A DNA stretch of 44,321 bases, from the UHGV virus genome UHGV-0387474. One strand, 5' to 3'. Origin of the DNA: a virus. A program made the position numbers and the translations under genes. How positions within the stretch are numbered: position 1 is the first letter of the stretch; each line of letters opens with the position of its first letter. Below are positions 34,993 through 43,697 of the stretch, in pieces. A model generated the notes under the pieces. The model did no database searches. It was not told where the DNA came from and was given only the letters and a program-made list of their open reading frames with translations.

Positions 34993-35286
34993 CTAAGAAA
35001 TAGTAAGGTTGAGATGCTTGAATGTGTGGTACAGAGCAACCGCAAGGCTCTGTACCGCATTTTCATCATCACATATACTATCAAATCCAAGCGCTTCCAT
35101 TTCTGCGTGTATAATTTCATGCAAAAGAACAATTTTCTTTCTATCGTCCGATAATCCCTTATCAATTGTTATAATCTGCCTTTGAAAATCAATTTCCCCA
35201 TTTCTTGGTATGATTTTATTTACAACATCCACTTCCTGCACTTGATAAATAAGACCAACTACATCTACTTCCATTGGTAATTTCAT
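34993..35286 (-). CDS. Small zincin-like putative metallopeptidase (HEIIHA), paralogue of 20319..20669
   Basis: ...KIVLLHEIIHAEMEALGFD... Confidence 0.5.
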   Translation of the reverse strand: MKLPMEVDVVGLIYQVQEVDVVNKIIPRNGEIDFQRQIITIDKGLSDDRKKIVLLHEIIHAEMEALGFDSICDDENAVQSLAVALYHTFKHLNLTIS

Positions 35287-35331
35287 TTATGATGCTCCTT
35301 TATAACTACTCTGTTACAAATATCAGTTTGT

Positions 35332-35514
35332 CTAACAACCTTCAATCGCCTTGCCTTCGCACTGTACTTTTACTTTTGCAAATGCAGCAAAGTATCTATC
35401 GCATCCGCCTTTATCACAATCACAAAGAGTAATCTGTTTTTCTGTTATGTTCTCTGGATTGATTATGATATTATTTTCAAACCCACAATATGGGCATTTT
35501 ACTTTTATTTTCAT
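35332..35514 (-). CDS. Zinc-ribbon small protein
   Basis: CPYCG...CDCDKGGC. Confidence 0.4.
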   Translation of the reverse strand: MKIKVKCPYCGFENNIIINPENITEKQITLCDCDKGGCDRYFAAFAKVKVQCEGKAIEGC

Positions 35515-35643
35515 GAATAAACCTCCTCAAATGTTAATAATAGCAACCGCACTGTTTGCAATCCTCTTTCCGGCACCTGTCCATGCGCCCAGGCCAGGCT
35601 ATCAGTCTACCCTTTGCATGGCAGCGCTTTTTCCGTTTTTTCT

Positions 35644-35823
35644 TCATGTTCCATCCTCCTTAACCTCAATTTTTGCCTGTTTCGCCGTTGCAACCATCCG
35701 AATTAATGTATCCGTTGCTTCAGCCACTCCATCATAATCATCTCCGAGTCCGTTACTTAAAGCTGTGCTCATTATATGGATAGCTGTGTTAATGGCTGCT
35801 ACCTGCTTCTTGTTTAAGTACAT
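35644..35823 (-). CDS. Hypothetical small protein (59 aa, below ORF-track cutoff)
   Basis: MYLNKKQVAAINTAIHIMSTALSNGLGDDYDGVAEATDTLIRMVATAKQAKIEVKEDGT. Confidence 0.3.
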   Translation of the reverse strand: MYLNKKQVAAINTAIHIMSTALSNGLGDDYDGVAEATDTLIRMVATAKQAKIEVKEDGT

Positions 35824-35842
35824 AATTTTCCTCGTTTAAATA

Positions 35843-36022
35843 TTAATTTTGGTGTTCTGATGCGTACCCATAATACAAGCGGCAGTCTTTACACTTTCCA
35901 ATCGGTTCACCTTCTCCATTCATAGTCCGCAGTCCAGCACACATTTTTTCCTCGTATCCTGGGTGCTCATAGTGATGCACCATATAACAGTTATTAATGC
36001 CCTGCTTAATAATTGCGTCCAT
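35843..36022 (-). CDS. Hypothetical small Cys/His-containing protein (59 aa)
   Basis: GGAGG RBS; MDAIIKQGINNCYMVHHYEHPGYEEKMCAGLRTMNGEGEPIGKCKDCRLYYGYASEHQN. Confidence 0.35.
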   Translation of the reverse strand: MDAIIKQGINNCYMVHHYEHPGYEEKMCAGLRTMNGEGEPIGKCKDCRLYYGYASEHQN

Positions 36023-36048
36023 CTATAGCCTCCTTAAATCTTCAAATG

Positions 36049-36273
36049 TTAATATTCGCTGACTCTATAGCAATTCAGTTTTCTCTCTGTAATGTTATAT
36101 TCATAATTCACGGCAACCCCATCATTATGCCATGCTCCAACCAGAAACGGTACTCCCGCCCATATCCCTATGGTTTCGCATTTAACAATGCCGTATGCCT
36201 CTATTTCTGGACAGTATACAGGTTTTCCCGCCAGTTCCTGCAACTCCTCCAGAGTGAGTGACTCTTTATTCAT
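36049..36273 (-). CDS. Hypothetical small protein (74 aa)
   Basis: ORF in early operon. Confidence 0.4.
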   Translation of the reverse strand: MNKESLTLEELQELAGKPVYCPEIEAYGIVKCETIGIWAGVPFLVGAWHNDGVAVNYEYNITERKLNCYRVSEY

Positions 36274-36658
36274 TTTGGCCTCCTTCTAAAATATTAATTT
36301 ACTGGTTCCCAATACCAGTCAACCCGTTGCATGACAATTTCTTTTATATCATCTTCGATTTCTTCATCTGTCATCTCGTCCGGATATTCCAGCTCATCCT
36401 CTACATCAGTACCAGCGTATCCATAATTAGCTTTATATTTTATTTTTTTCATTTTCCATCTCCGTCAAATGCTAATTTTTCTGTTTTTGAATCAACTGTT
36501 CACACTCTTCTGGTGTCAATTTACACTGGCAACATTGACAATACTTCCCTGTTACCTCACATCTGTAATCCTCATCATACTCATTTCTATTGCGAAACGG
36601 AATAACTACAACATAAGGACAGTTATAAAAATCCATCTTATACCTTCTTCCTTAAATT

Positions 36659-36856
36659 TTAATTCTCACACACTGCTACGTCCTCATACGTAGTTACACT
36701 CTCAACGATTTTACACCACACGCAACTAAAGTTTGATTTCAAATCATCATAGAATGCATATGCATCTCTATATTCCGAAAACCAACCTGCAATTCTCCAT
36801 TCTTCAGGATTATCTTTGCTCTTCAAAAAAACTCCATATTTTATTTCTAATTCCAT
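36659..36856 (-). CDS. Hypothetical small protein (65 aa)
   Basis: ORF. Confidence 0.35.
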   Translation of the reverse strand: MELEIKYGVFLKSKDNPEEWRIAGWFSEYRDAYAFYDDLKSNFSCVWCKIVESVTTYEDVAVCEN

Positions 36857-36902
36857 ATGCCTTCCTAAACCTCCTTAAATCCTAATTTCCTTGAATTACA
36901 GG

Positions 36903-37127
36903 TTAATAAACCCTTTGTCCGCAGCCACAGTATCCCGGATATTTCATCAAATTCTTACATTTTGGGCAAAAATATTTTCCTTCGATAATTACCCGCGATA
37001 CAGGTTGCTGCTTTTCAAGAGCATCATACGCCATATCAAGTGCAACAAGTTGTTCTTCCGTAGGTGCTCCCTTAAACATACGTTTTATAATATCTATTGC
37101 CTCTTTCGGTTCCATATTTTCCTCCAA
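36903..37127 (-). CDS. Zinc-ribbon small protein (74 aa)
   Basis: CPKCKN...CGCGQ. Confidence 0.4.
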   Translation of the reverse strand: MEENMEPKEAIDIIKRMFKGAPTEEQLVALDMAYDALEKQQPVSRVIIEGKYFCPKCKNLMKYPGYCGCGQRVY

Positions 37128-37185
37128 ATGTCATGCATGTCCATCGTGATAAAACAGCCACAGCATCTTACACCTCCATAAAATA

Positions 37186-37368
37186 TCAGTTCGGTTGATT
37201 AGATACTATCCTGTGCGTTGCAACATCCATATCCTTAATCATATCTAATATCGGCCGCTCTGTCTCACTTTTCGCTATCGCTTTCCAGCGATATGTATAT
37301 ACCGGTTGTGAGCAATTTCCTAAAATATTTGGCATTGCATAGCTTTCTTTTCTCTCCAAGAAAAACAT
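37186..37368 (-). CDS. Hypothetical small protein (60 aa)
   Basis: ORF. Confidence 0.3.
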   Translation of the reverse strand: MFFLERKESYAMPNILGNCSQPVYTYRWKAIAKSETERPILDMIKDMDVATHRIVSNQPN

Positions 37369-37682
37369 CTCTTACCTCCGCTAAATAACGATTTTGAATA
37401 ATTGCCGGTACTGGCTCCCAGCTTTGGCTTTGGCCCAATTAACGGCCCCGGCTGCCGTCCAACTTTGGCATGGCGCTCCCGTTGCTTTCTCGGCGCGTTA
37501 TCAGCTCACCCTCTTTTTTATTGTCTATCTGGTTTTTGCTCCAGAGATTTTTTTACAAGGTCCCTCGTTCGTCCTTGCACCGTATAGCCGATATGCCAGC
37601 TTAACGATTTGGTTGACAAAAACATGTAAAATCTGTAAAACACGCTCATGTTAAGCAAATTATTAATTACTTAATGATAAAT

Positions 37683-37910
37683 CTATCTAATATCTTCTGT
37701 GAAACTGGTTGATAATTCTTCCAGCTCCTTATTGTTGCAATAAAACCGGCAACTGTCACCCGGTCTTTTATATGCACCTTTATGGGTGCAGATGAGAATA
37801 TATATACCTTTTGGTGGATTTCTTCTAACTGAAAATGCACAGTCAGCACACTTATTTTTCATATCTCCTGCTCCCTGTCTATCTATCATTCCTCTGTCTC
37901 CATGCTCCAC
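37683..37910 (-). CDS. Cys-rich small protein (75 aa)
   Basis: CADCA...CTHKG...CRFYC. Confidence 0.4.
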   Translation of the reverse strand: MEHGDRGMIDRQGAGDMKNKCADCAFSVRRNPPKGIYILICTHKGAYKRPGDSCRFYCNNKELEELSTSFTEDIR

Positions 37911-38188
37911 TCAATATCCCATTTGATTCTCTGCCCACAGTGTCCACAATATGGATAATTTGAATTAACCCCTTCACCGCAAGATGGGCACAATCCGATA
38001 TTCTCTTTGTCTTTAATAAAACACCTTTCATCCTCTGGTTTTTTTGTTATCTGTTTCTGTAGAGCTGATATGACAGCCTCAACATTTTTCAATGGTATAT
38101 GTCTAAATGACTTAACCTCTTGGCATCCCATCAATTTTGCATTTTCAACTACCATTGATAGGTCTTTCGCGATTCCTTCTTCAATCAT
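37886..38188 (-). CDS. Zinc-ribbon protein (100 aa)
   Basis: CPSCGEG...CGHCGQ. Confidence 0.45.
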   Translation of the reverse strand: MIEEGIAKDLSMVVENAKLMGCQEVKSFRHIPLKNVEAVISALQKQITKKPEDERCFIKDKENIGLCPSCGEGVNSNYPYCGHCGQRIKWDIEWSMETEE

Positions 38189-38296
38189 CCCTCTGCCTCC
38201 TTACAATAGCCGCTTTGTTCACACGTTTCTGCATCCTCGCAATAATCGCATTCCCCAGAACAGCCCCTTACCGTTTCCTGTTCTTCTTTACATCTG

Positions 38297-38584
38297 TTAT
38301 TCATGGCTTTTCTCCTCTAAATGCATGCCAAATGAGTCAATTGCCTTCATGGCCTCTCCCAAATCATCAAACACCCTTCCATCGTACGAGATATCATCAA
38401 TCCGGTACCCCAGTTCATCTCCATCGGATGGGGTTGCTACCCTCAAGGTGCAGATATCCATGCCTTTGTATTCCGTTACCTTTGCATATCTATTGCTTAA
38501 GTGCTTCATTTTCCCTCCTCCATAAATGTGTGTTTTGATTACTTGGACGCCTAGAAAAATCAGGACATATTTCAGTCCTATCAT
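38297..38584 (-). CDS. Hypothetical protein (start probably internal MKHLSNRY)
   Basis: ORF. Confidence 0.35.
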   Translation of the reverse strand: MIGLKYVLIFLGVQVIKTHIYGGGKMKHLSNRYAKVTEYKGMDICTLRVATPSDGDELGYRIDDISYDGRVFDDLGEAMKAIDSFGMHLEEKSHE

Positions 38585-38705
38585 ATGCCGGTCGGAGAAA
38601 TGCTGTAGTCATGGGTGATGGATATTTCTCCATGTCCTTTATTGCTGCCATTCTTTGGCGTTCTGAATTGTCACTATATTGATTTTTCATTTTGTTATCT
38701 GGCAA
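38490..38705 (-). CDS. Hypothetical small protein (71 aa)
   Basis: ORF. Confidence 0.3.
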   Translation of the reverse strand: MPDNKMKNQYSDNSERQRMAAIKDMEKYPSPMTTAFLRPAYDRTEICPDFSRRPSNQNTHLWRRENEALKQ

Positions 38706-38706
38706 T

Positions 38707-38958
38707 TCAATTCCACCTTGCCTGAATGTTATCCTTGGTATCCCATGTGTAATGCATTCCGGGTATTGTTATAGTTCTAGGGCATTCATCCACATAATCA
38801 ATCAACCCTATCTCTTTCATATCCCGCAGATATCCCCAGATAGTAGAGCTTGACGTATAACCAACCCCATCCCCTATTTCCCTGGTTGTGGGAGGATAAT
38901 CATGCTCTAACATGTATTGCTTTACAAACACCAAGATTTTTTTATGTATTTCTTTCAT
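38707..38958 (-). CDS. LexA-N-terminal-like winged-helix DNA-binding protein (83 aa, no peptidase domain)
   Basis: KKILVFVKQYMLEHDYPPTTREIGDGVGYTSSSTIWGYLRDMKEIGLIDY. Confidence 0.5.
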   Translation of the reverse strand: MKEIHKKILVFVKQYMLEHDYPPTTREIGDGVGYTSSSTIWGYLRDMKEIGLIDYVDECPRTITIPGMHYTWDTKDNIQARWN

Positions 38959-39601
38959 TTGCTTCCTCCGACACCCAGTCTTTTACCTGTTTTAACATCA
39001 ATGCATCATAATCGGTATCTCGTTGTTCAAAATTGTGAAACTGATTTTTACTGCCTTTGGCGGTCGATTCCTGCCGCTGGCTTCGTACCCAGGTCCTTAC
39101 CGAGGCTTTCCAGTCCTTCATCTTGTTTTTCCCAACCATCCATCCCTTTGATGCATAAAAATCAACAAAACTCTCTGGGTCAATGCCATATCCATTCAAA
39201 GTGCAGTAATCGGACACATCCGACACCGAAGGTGGAGTAAATGTTTTTTTATTATTATCATTTACATTATCCTTTTCCTTTACATTATCCTTTTCCTTAG
39301 GTTTTGCTTTGGTTATGGTTTGGTTATCACTTGGTTTATTATAATTGGATTCTAGGTTATTGTTTGGTTCTGGTTTGATTACTGGCCTACCACCCTTGGT
39401 TCCGTTTTGGTATCTACGATTATTCGCATCAATTTGTGGTTTTGCCATTAAAAACATTGCCGATGCAACACCTGCCGATTTAGGCTCTATTTCATCGAGT
39501 CCATATTCTAATATTGCTGTAAGAGATTCCAATCTTTCTTTTTCCGGCAGCTGCTTAATAGCTTCCCAGAAACTGCGATAAAATACAACACTATCTCTCA
39601 T
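38942..39601 (-). CDS. Phage replisome organiser / DnaD-like replication protein (Phg_2220_C-type C-terminus)
   Basis: N-term FYRSFWEAIKQLPEKERLE; C-term FVDFYASKGWMVGKNKMKDWKASVRTWV. Confidence 0.55.
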   Translation of the reverse strand: MRDSVVFYRSFWEAIKQLPEKERLESLTAILEYGLDEIEPKSAGVASAMFLMAKPQIDANNRRYQNGTKGGRPVIKPEPNNNLESNYNKPSDNQTITKAKPKEKDNVKEKDNVNDNNKKTFTPPSVSDVSDYCTLNGYGIDPESFVDFYASKGWMVGKNKMKDWKASVRTWVRSQRQESTAKGSKNQFHNFEQRDTDYDALMLKQVKDWVSEEANERNT

Positions 39602-39972
39602 AACCCAGCTCCAAACATACTAATCTGACCGGGAATACCTTTATCTTTTTTCTTATTCCGGCTTATAAACAGCTGTGCGCCACGTTCTGCTGCCTTTATG
39701 CTCTTAGTCCTATTATTCTGGCTGACAAGCCATTTCTCTGTTTCTTGCCGTCCCTGTGCATCGTCACGGGGTATATAGTAACCTTTCCCTGTTGGCAATG
39801 TAAGAATCACTTTATCGTGCCTTAATATCTCAATGGCGGTTCGTATATCTCTATCCGATTCCCCTATCTTGGATACCAGTTCATCTCTGTTCAATGCATT
39901 CTCTTTACCTACAAGGAGCGCATTATATACCCTTGCTTGAACATCTTCACTAACAGTTCGCTTATTCTTCAA
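39598..39972 (-). CDS. Hypothetical protein (124 aa)
   Basis: ORF, ATGA-type overlap. Confidence 0.4.
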   Translation of the reverse strand: MKNKRTVSEDVQARVYNALLVGKENALNRDELVSKIGESDRDIRTAIEILRHDKVILTLPTGKGYYIPRDDAQGRQETEKWLVSQNNRTKSIKAAERGAQLFISRNKKKDKGIPGQISMFGAGL

Positions 39973-40115
39973 ATAATCCCTCCTTTCGGGCCGGGTAAAG
40001 GAGGTTTGATAGGTCCCGGCCCAGGGTCAGAAAGTATATCGTGACATATTAGCAATCTGACCAGTACTAATTTCTGTTGTATGTATCAGCCTATTGGCAT
40101 TGATACTGATTCAGT

Positions 40116-40601
40116 TTACTTTTTCAAAGATTCTTCGTATTCCTCGATGACCTTAAAAAATTCGCTTGCCTTTAACTCTTTAAATCCTGCTAGGTTGTCA
40201 AAATCACAATCTGCTTTAAAACTTGCATACAATACATTGTTTATCATAAACAGTCTGCTGCTTGTCCGACCAAATACCCTAAATTCAAATGATAAAATAG
40301 GTTTGTGCGGTGATTTCAACCCTAGCGCCTTGCATTTATTAACCCATGCTTTTGCAGGTAAAGAATTTTTCTTAAACAAGCCCGGTGTATCCTTCTTAAA
40401 ATACTTTCCAAACTTATCAATATCACCATCCGTTGGACAAATGTACAACCTCTCTGCCGATTGATAATATTTATGAGTTTCAAAACCTTGCTCCTTTGCG
40501 AACTCCACAAACGCAGTATTTACCTTTTCTGACATGGCCTTATAATCTATGTACTCTTTATAAATTGGACTGTCAGTCGTTACTATGTAATACTTTTCCA
40601 T
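40116..40601 (-). CDS. Hypothetical protein (161 aa)
   Basis: ORF. Confidence 0.45.
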   Translation of the reverse strand: MEKYYIVTTDSPIYKEYIDYKAMSEKVNTAFVEFAKEQGFETHKYYQSAERLYICPTDGDIDKFGKYFKKDTPGLFKKNSLPAKAWVNKCKALGLKSPHKPILSFEFRVFGRTSSRLFMINNVLYASFKADCDFDNLAGFKELKASEFFKVIEEYEESLKK

Positions 40602-41231
40602 CTAATTCTCCTCAAACTTGATACCATATACCTTATATTTGCTCTCAAACTCTGTCATCCCTATGTTATGTGCTTCTGTATGGTGCTGCCGGCATAGACA
40701 TATTTTGCGATAACCCGAATCATCAACTTTTCTTCGGTCATTCCCCATTCCGATTGTGTCTACATGGTGTATTTCGCCCTCTCGACCGCATATAGCACAC
40801 TTCCTAAGCTTTAAACATGCATACAGGTAATGTCCTATATCATCGGTACGATTAAGGGCAAAATCCAGCAGCTGTATTCCCTGTTCCAGCGCATAATCCA
40901 GCATGGTATTAATAAATTCCCTGGCAGTATCCATGGAACAATCGGACAGGGAAAAATATCCGCATCCGGTCCGGTTGATATGTAAATACTTAAGCCATTC
41001 TTTCTCAACCTCCGGCACATTCCCGGAATAAGCCGATATGTCATTGACTGTGGCATAAATCTTTCGGCGCTGGTCTGAACTGATGTGTCTGCCATCGTCA
41101 AACCATATGCTGCAACTATTCATGTGCTTCTCAATAATCGGTTCCATGAGATTCTTCCCAGGAATAAATATCTGCAAATATGTTCCCTCAGGAACCAGCT
41201 TGTATGCTGTTATATCCGCTGACTCATGCAT
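40602..41231 (-). CDS. Protein with C-terminal HNH-endonuclease-like motif (DUF968-like?)
   Basis: CAICGREGEIHHVDTIGMGNDRRK...RKICLCRQHHTEAH. Confidence 0.5.
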   Translation of the reverse strand: MHESADITAYKLVPEGTYLQIFIPGKNLMEPIIEKHMNSCSIWFDDGRHISSDQRRKIYATVNDISAYSGNVPEVEKEWLKYLHINRTGCGYFSLSDCSMDTAREFINTMLDYALEQGIQLLDFALNRTDDIGHYLYACLKLRKCAICGREGEIHHVDTIGMGNDRRKVDDSGYRKICLCRQHHTEAHNIGMTEFESKYKVYGIKFEEN

Positions 41232-41243
41232 TTAATCACCTCT

Positions 41244-41942
41244 TTAATTCCAGGGAAGTCCACTGTCCTGCATATTATCTGGAGGGGCAGGATTCTCGTT
41301 AGAGGGTTTGTCCGGAGTGGACTTGAACCTTTTAATACAATCTCTATACTGAGATTCAACCATATCACTAAATTTTTCTACAGCATACAGAGAGCAGATG
41401 GCCCTCCAATGTTTACCAGTCCTCTCACACTCTGCTATCAAATCATTTACCTGCTCCTCGGTTAGCTTCTTTTCTTTTGAAGCACTCTTTTCATTTGATT
41501 CTGGAATTTGTTCGTTGTTGTATTTAGTCCGGTCTGAATCCCAATAAACATCAGCACCAATCCCAAGCTCCTTACATGCTACCGATATAGCATCTGTGGT
41601 TGCCATCTTGTAACATTCGTCAGAAACGTATATGCCGGATTTCTCTTTTGATGCAAACATGCTACCGCCGTTTCCGGGAATTGGTTTAGACCACTCTCCA
41701 TCAACCTTTATGTATAATTCGATATCTACAAAAGCTGCTATCTCATTGCCCGATGTTTCTAACCACTTTCGTGTAGGTATGTAGTACCACCCTATCCCAC
41801 ATGGACCGAACTGCTCAGTAAGGATTTTTATGCGCCACATAGGGTTGATATCGGTCATACCGCTGGTACGGCCTCCCTTAATGGTTTTCTTGGCGCTATC
41901 TGGGACAGAACGAACCTTTTCGTATAAATCAAGATTCTCCAT
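41244..41942 (-). CDS. ssDNA annealing protein, Rad52/Sak family
   Basis: ...FGPCGIGWYYIPTRKW...SMFASKEKSGIYVSDECYKMATTDAISVACKELGIGADVYWDSD pattern. Confidence 0.55.
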   Translation of the reverse strand: MENLDLYEKVRSVPDSAKKTIKGGRTSGMTDINPMWRIKILTEQFGPCGIGWYYIPTRKWLETSGNEIAAFVDIELYIKVDGEWSKPIPGNGGSMFASKEKSGIYVSDECYKMATTDAISVACKELGIGADVYWDSDRTKYNNEQIPESNEKSASKEKKLTEEQVNDLIAECERTGKHWRAICSLYAVEKFSDMVESQYRDCIKRFKSTPDKPSNENPAPPDNMQDSGLPWN

Positions 41943-42206
41943 CTTTGTTCTCCTTCATCAGCGTACCAATAATATAGTTAATAGCCATTTCCAGTTCCAC
42001 CCTAACATTTTTTATTGTACAAAGGCTTTTTCTGTAGTTGAGATAAGATACCATTGCAGTACCATCAATCATCTTGTTTTCCAGATTCATGTTTTATAAT
42101 CTCCTTATAATGCTGTTTATGATGTTCTCTGTCCTTCTCCCTACATTTGTCACATTCTTTCCATTGTTCAGGGTCAAGGAAACATCCGCAAGAATCACAA
42201 CAGTAA

Positions 42207-42401
42207 CTATACATCCTTTTCGTTCTCTATATTGTCATATGTTCTTCCCTCTAAAATTGACCTCATTACAACTTTTGATGCATACTGGTCTGAATCCATA
42301 AAAATTAATGCTGAATTTACGCGACCTTTAAGCTCTACAAGATTTTTATACTCGCTAATACTTATTTCAACTGTTCTTTCTTCCATCTTGCAAACCTCCA
42401 T
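42207..42401 (-). CDS. Hypothetical small protein (64 aa)
   Basis: ORF. Confidence 0.3.
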   Translation of the reverse strand: MEVCKMEERTVEISISEYKNLVELKGRVNSALIFMDSDQYASKVVMRSILEGRTYDNIENEKDV

Positions 42402-42573
42402 AATCTCTGATATAATCAGACTGAGTTATTTTTTGTATCCGGTCGTTTAGCTCTGTCAAGCTGACGACCTTTTTTATTGGCTTACCATAACCGGTGTACC
42501 GGCTTGCATTCACCATTGCTCCGGCCCGGTTGGTGCCATTCCGGCGGCGGCTCATAATATCACCGCCATGCAT
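42367..42573 (-). CDS. Hypothetical basic small protein (68 aa)
   Basis: ORF. Confidence 0.3.
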   Translation of the reverse strand: MHGGDIMSRRRNGTNRAGAMVNASRYTGYGKPIKKVVSLTELNDRIQKITQSDYIRDYGGLQDGRKNS

Positions 42574-42678
42574 ATCACCAGCAATCCGCTTAAGACCATC
42601 ACCGCAGCGGTTAAACCGCGAATAATCATACGGTCTTTCTGCCGCGGGCTTAAGTGTGTTTTACCAACAGGTATGTAT

Positions 42679-42906
42679 TCAAGCTGTTTCAACAAATTTC
42701 ATCTCCTTTCCGGTCAATTGCAGAAGTATCTGTAATTTTTCTATTGTCAGTTTTTCAGGGTTGGCTTTACGCTCTCTAAACGAGCTTGTACAAAAACCCA
42801 AATACAAGGCCAGCTCATTATCATCAAAGTTATTTCTTATTTTGGCTTCTTCTATCAGCAACCGGATGCTGTCCTTTTGCCATTCTGAAGGTTTCTTAGA
42901 TTTCAC
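42679..42906 (-). CDS. HTH DNA-binding protein (75 aa)
   Basis: ORF with helix-turn-helix-like segment. Confidence 0.45.
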   Translation of the reverse strand: MKSKKPSEWQKDSIRLLIEEAKIRNNFDDNELALYLGFCTSSFRERKANPEKLTIEKLQILLQLTGKEMKFVETA

Positions 42907-42933
42907 GACTTCACTTCCTTTCGTTTATACATT

Positions 42934-43137
42934 CTAGGATAAACTATCTTCTACTATCTCTTTTACATCCACACCAAGAGCATTTGCCATGCGTCCGGCA
43001 CACACAGGTGTAACTTCCCGCATATTTAAAATAACATTCATACGCGCTCGACTCACGCCATACCGTTTGGAAAGATTTGTTATAGTCAAAGAATTTCTAG
43101 CCAAAGCAATATCAATTTTATCTCTACTAAGTTTCAT
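42934..43137 (-). CDS. HTH DNA-binding protein (67 aa)
   Basis: AGGAGG RBS; LSKRYGVSRARMNVILN HTH-like. Confidence 0.5.
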   Translation of the reverse strand: MKLSRDKIDIALARNSLTITNLSKRYGVSRARMNVILNMREVTPVCAGRMANALGVDVKEIVEDSLS

Positions 43138-43153
43138 CTCTTACTACCTCCTA

Positions 43154-43252
43154 TCAAATTTTAAAATACTGGTAAAGCGCTATTGCTATAATTATTAGTA
43201 TCTCTGTAAAAACAGTGCAAACAACTCCTGCTAAAAATGGATTGATGTACAT
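43154..43252 (-). CDS. 32-aa hydrophobic peptide with strong RBS
   Basis: AAGGAGA 6 nt before ATG; MYINPFLAGVVCTVFTEILIIIAIALYQYFKI. Confidence 0.35.
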   Translation of the reverse strand: MYINPFLAGVVCTVFTEILIIIAIALYQYFKI

Positions 43253-43301
43253 CGTTTATCTCCTTCTCTTTCTCTTAATTCCCCGGCTCTTGCCGTTCTT
43301 C

Positions 43302-43568
43302 TTAATCCTGGCTTTCTGTCCCATTCTCTAAGTCTCCTTGTGTTCCTGTGTTGATGTTGTTCAGTCCGGTGCCATCCTGGGAAACATAGTCATATGTACC
43401 CGCGGTATAAAGCCATGCAGCATTGGTGCCTATCAACGCCGCCAGCGTTACCAGGAACGCTATAAACCAATATTTTGCATTCCTCTTGCTCTGCTCTATT
43501 ACCTCTACAGCAAAATACTGCTCCAGCCCTTCCCGTGTTGGCTTGTCCTTCTGGTTTTCAATGTTCAT
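43302..43568 (-). CDS. Single-pass membrane protein (88 aa)
   Basis: TM YWFIAFLVTLAALIGTNAAWLY. Confidence 0.45.
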   Translation of the reverse strand: MNIENQKDKPTREGLEQYFAVEVIEQSKRNAKYWFIAFLVTLAALIGTNAAWLYTAGTYDYVSQDGTGLNNINTGTQGDLENGTESQD

Positions 43569-43697
43569 AATTTTTTTCCTCCTGTGCTTGCGTAATACAG
43601 GAGAAAATGGTAAAATATTCCTGTATCCGCATTAGTTTGGGTAATGTGGTTACGGCTCCGGTTGGTGTTTGTGGCACCGCCGGGGCATTTTATAAAT

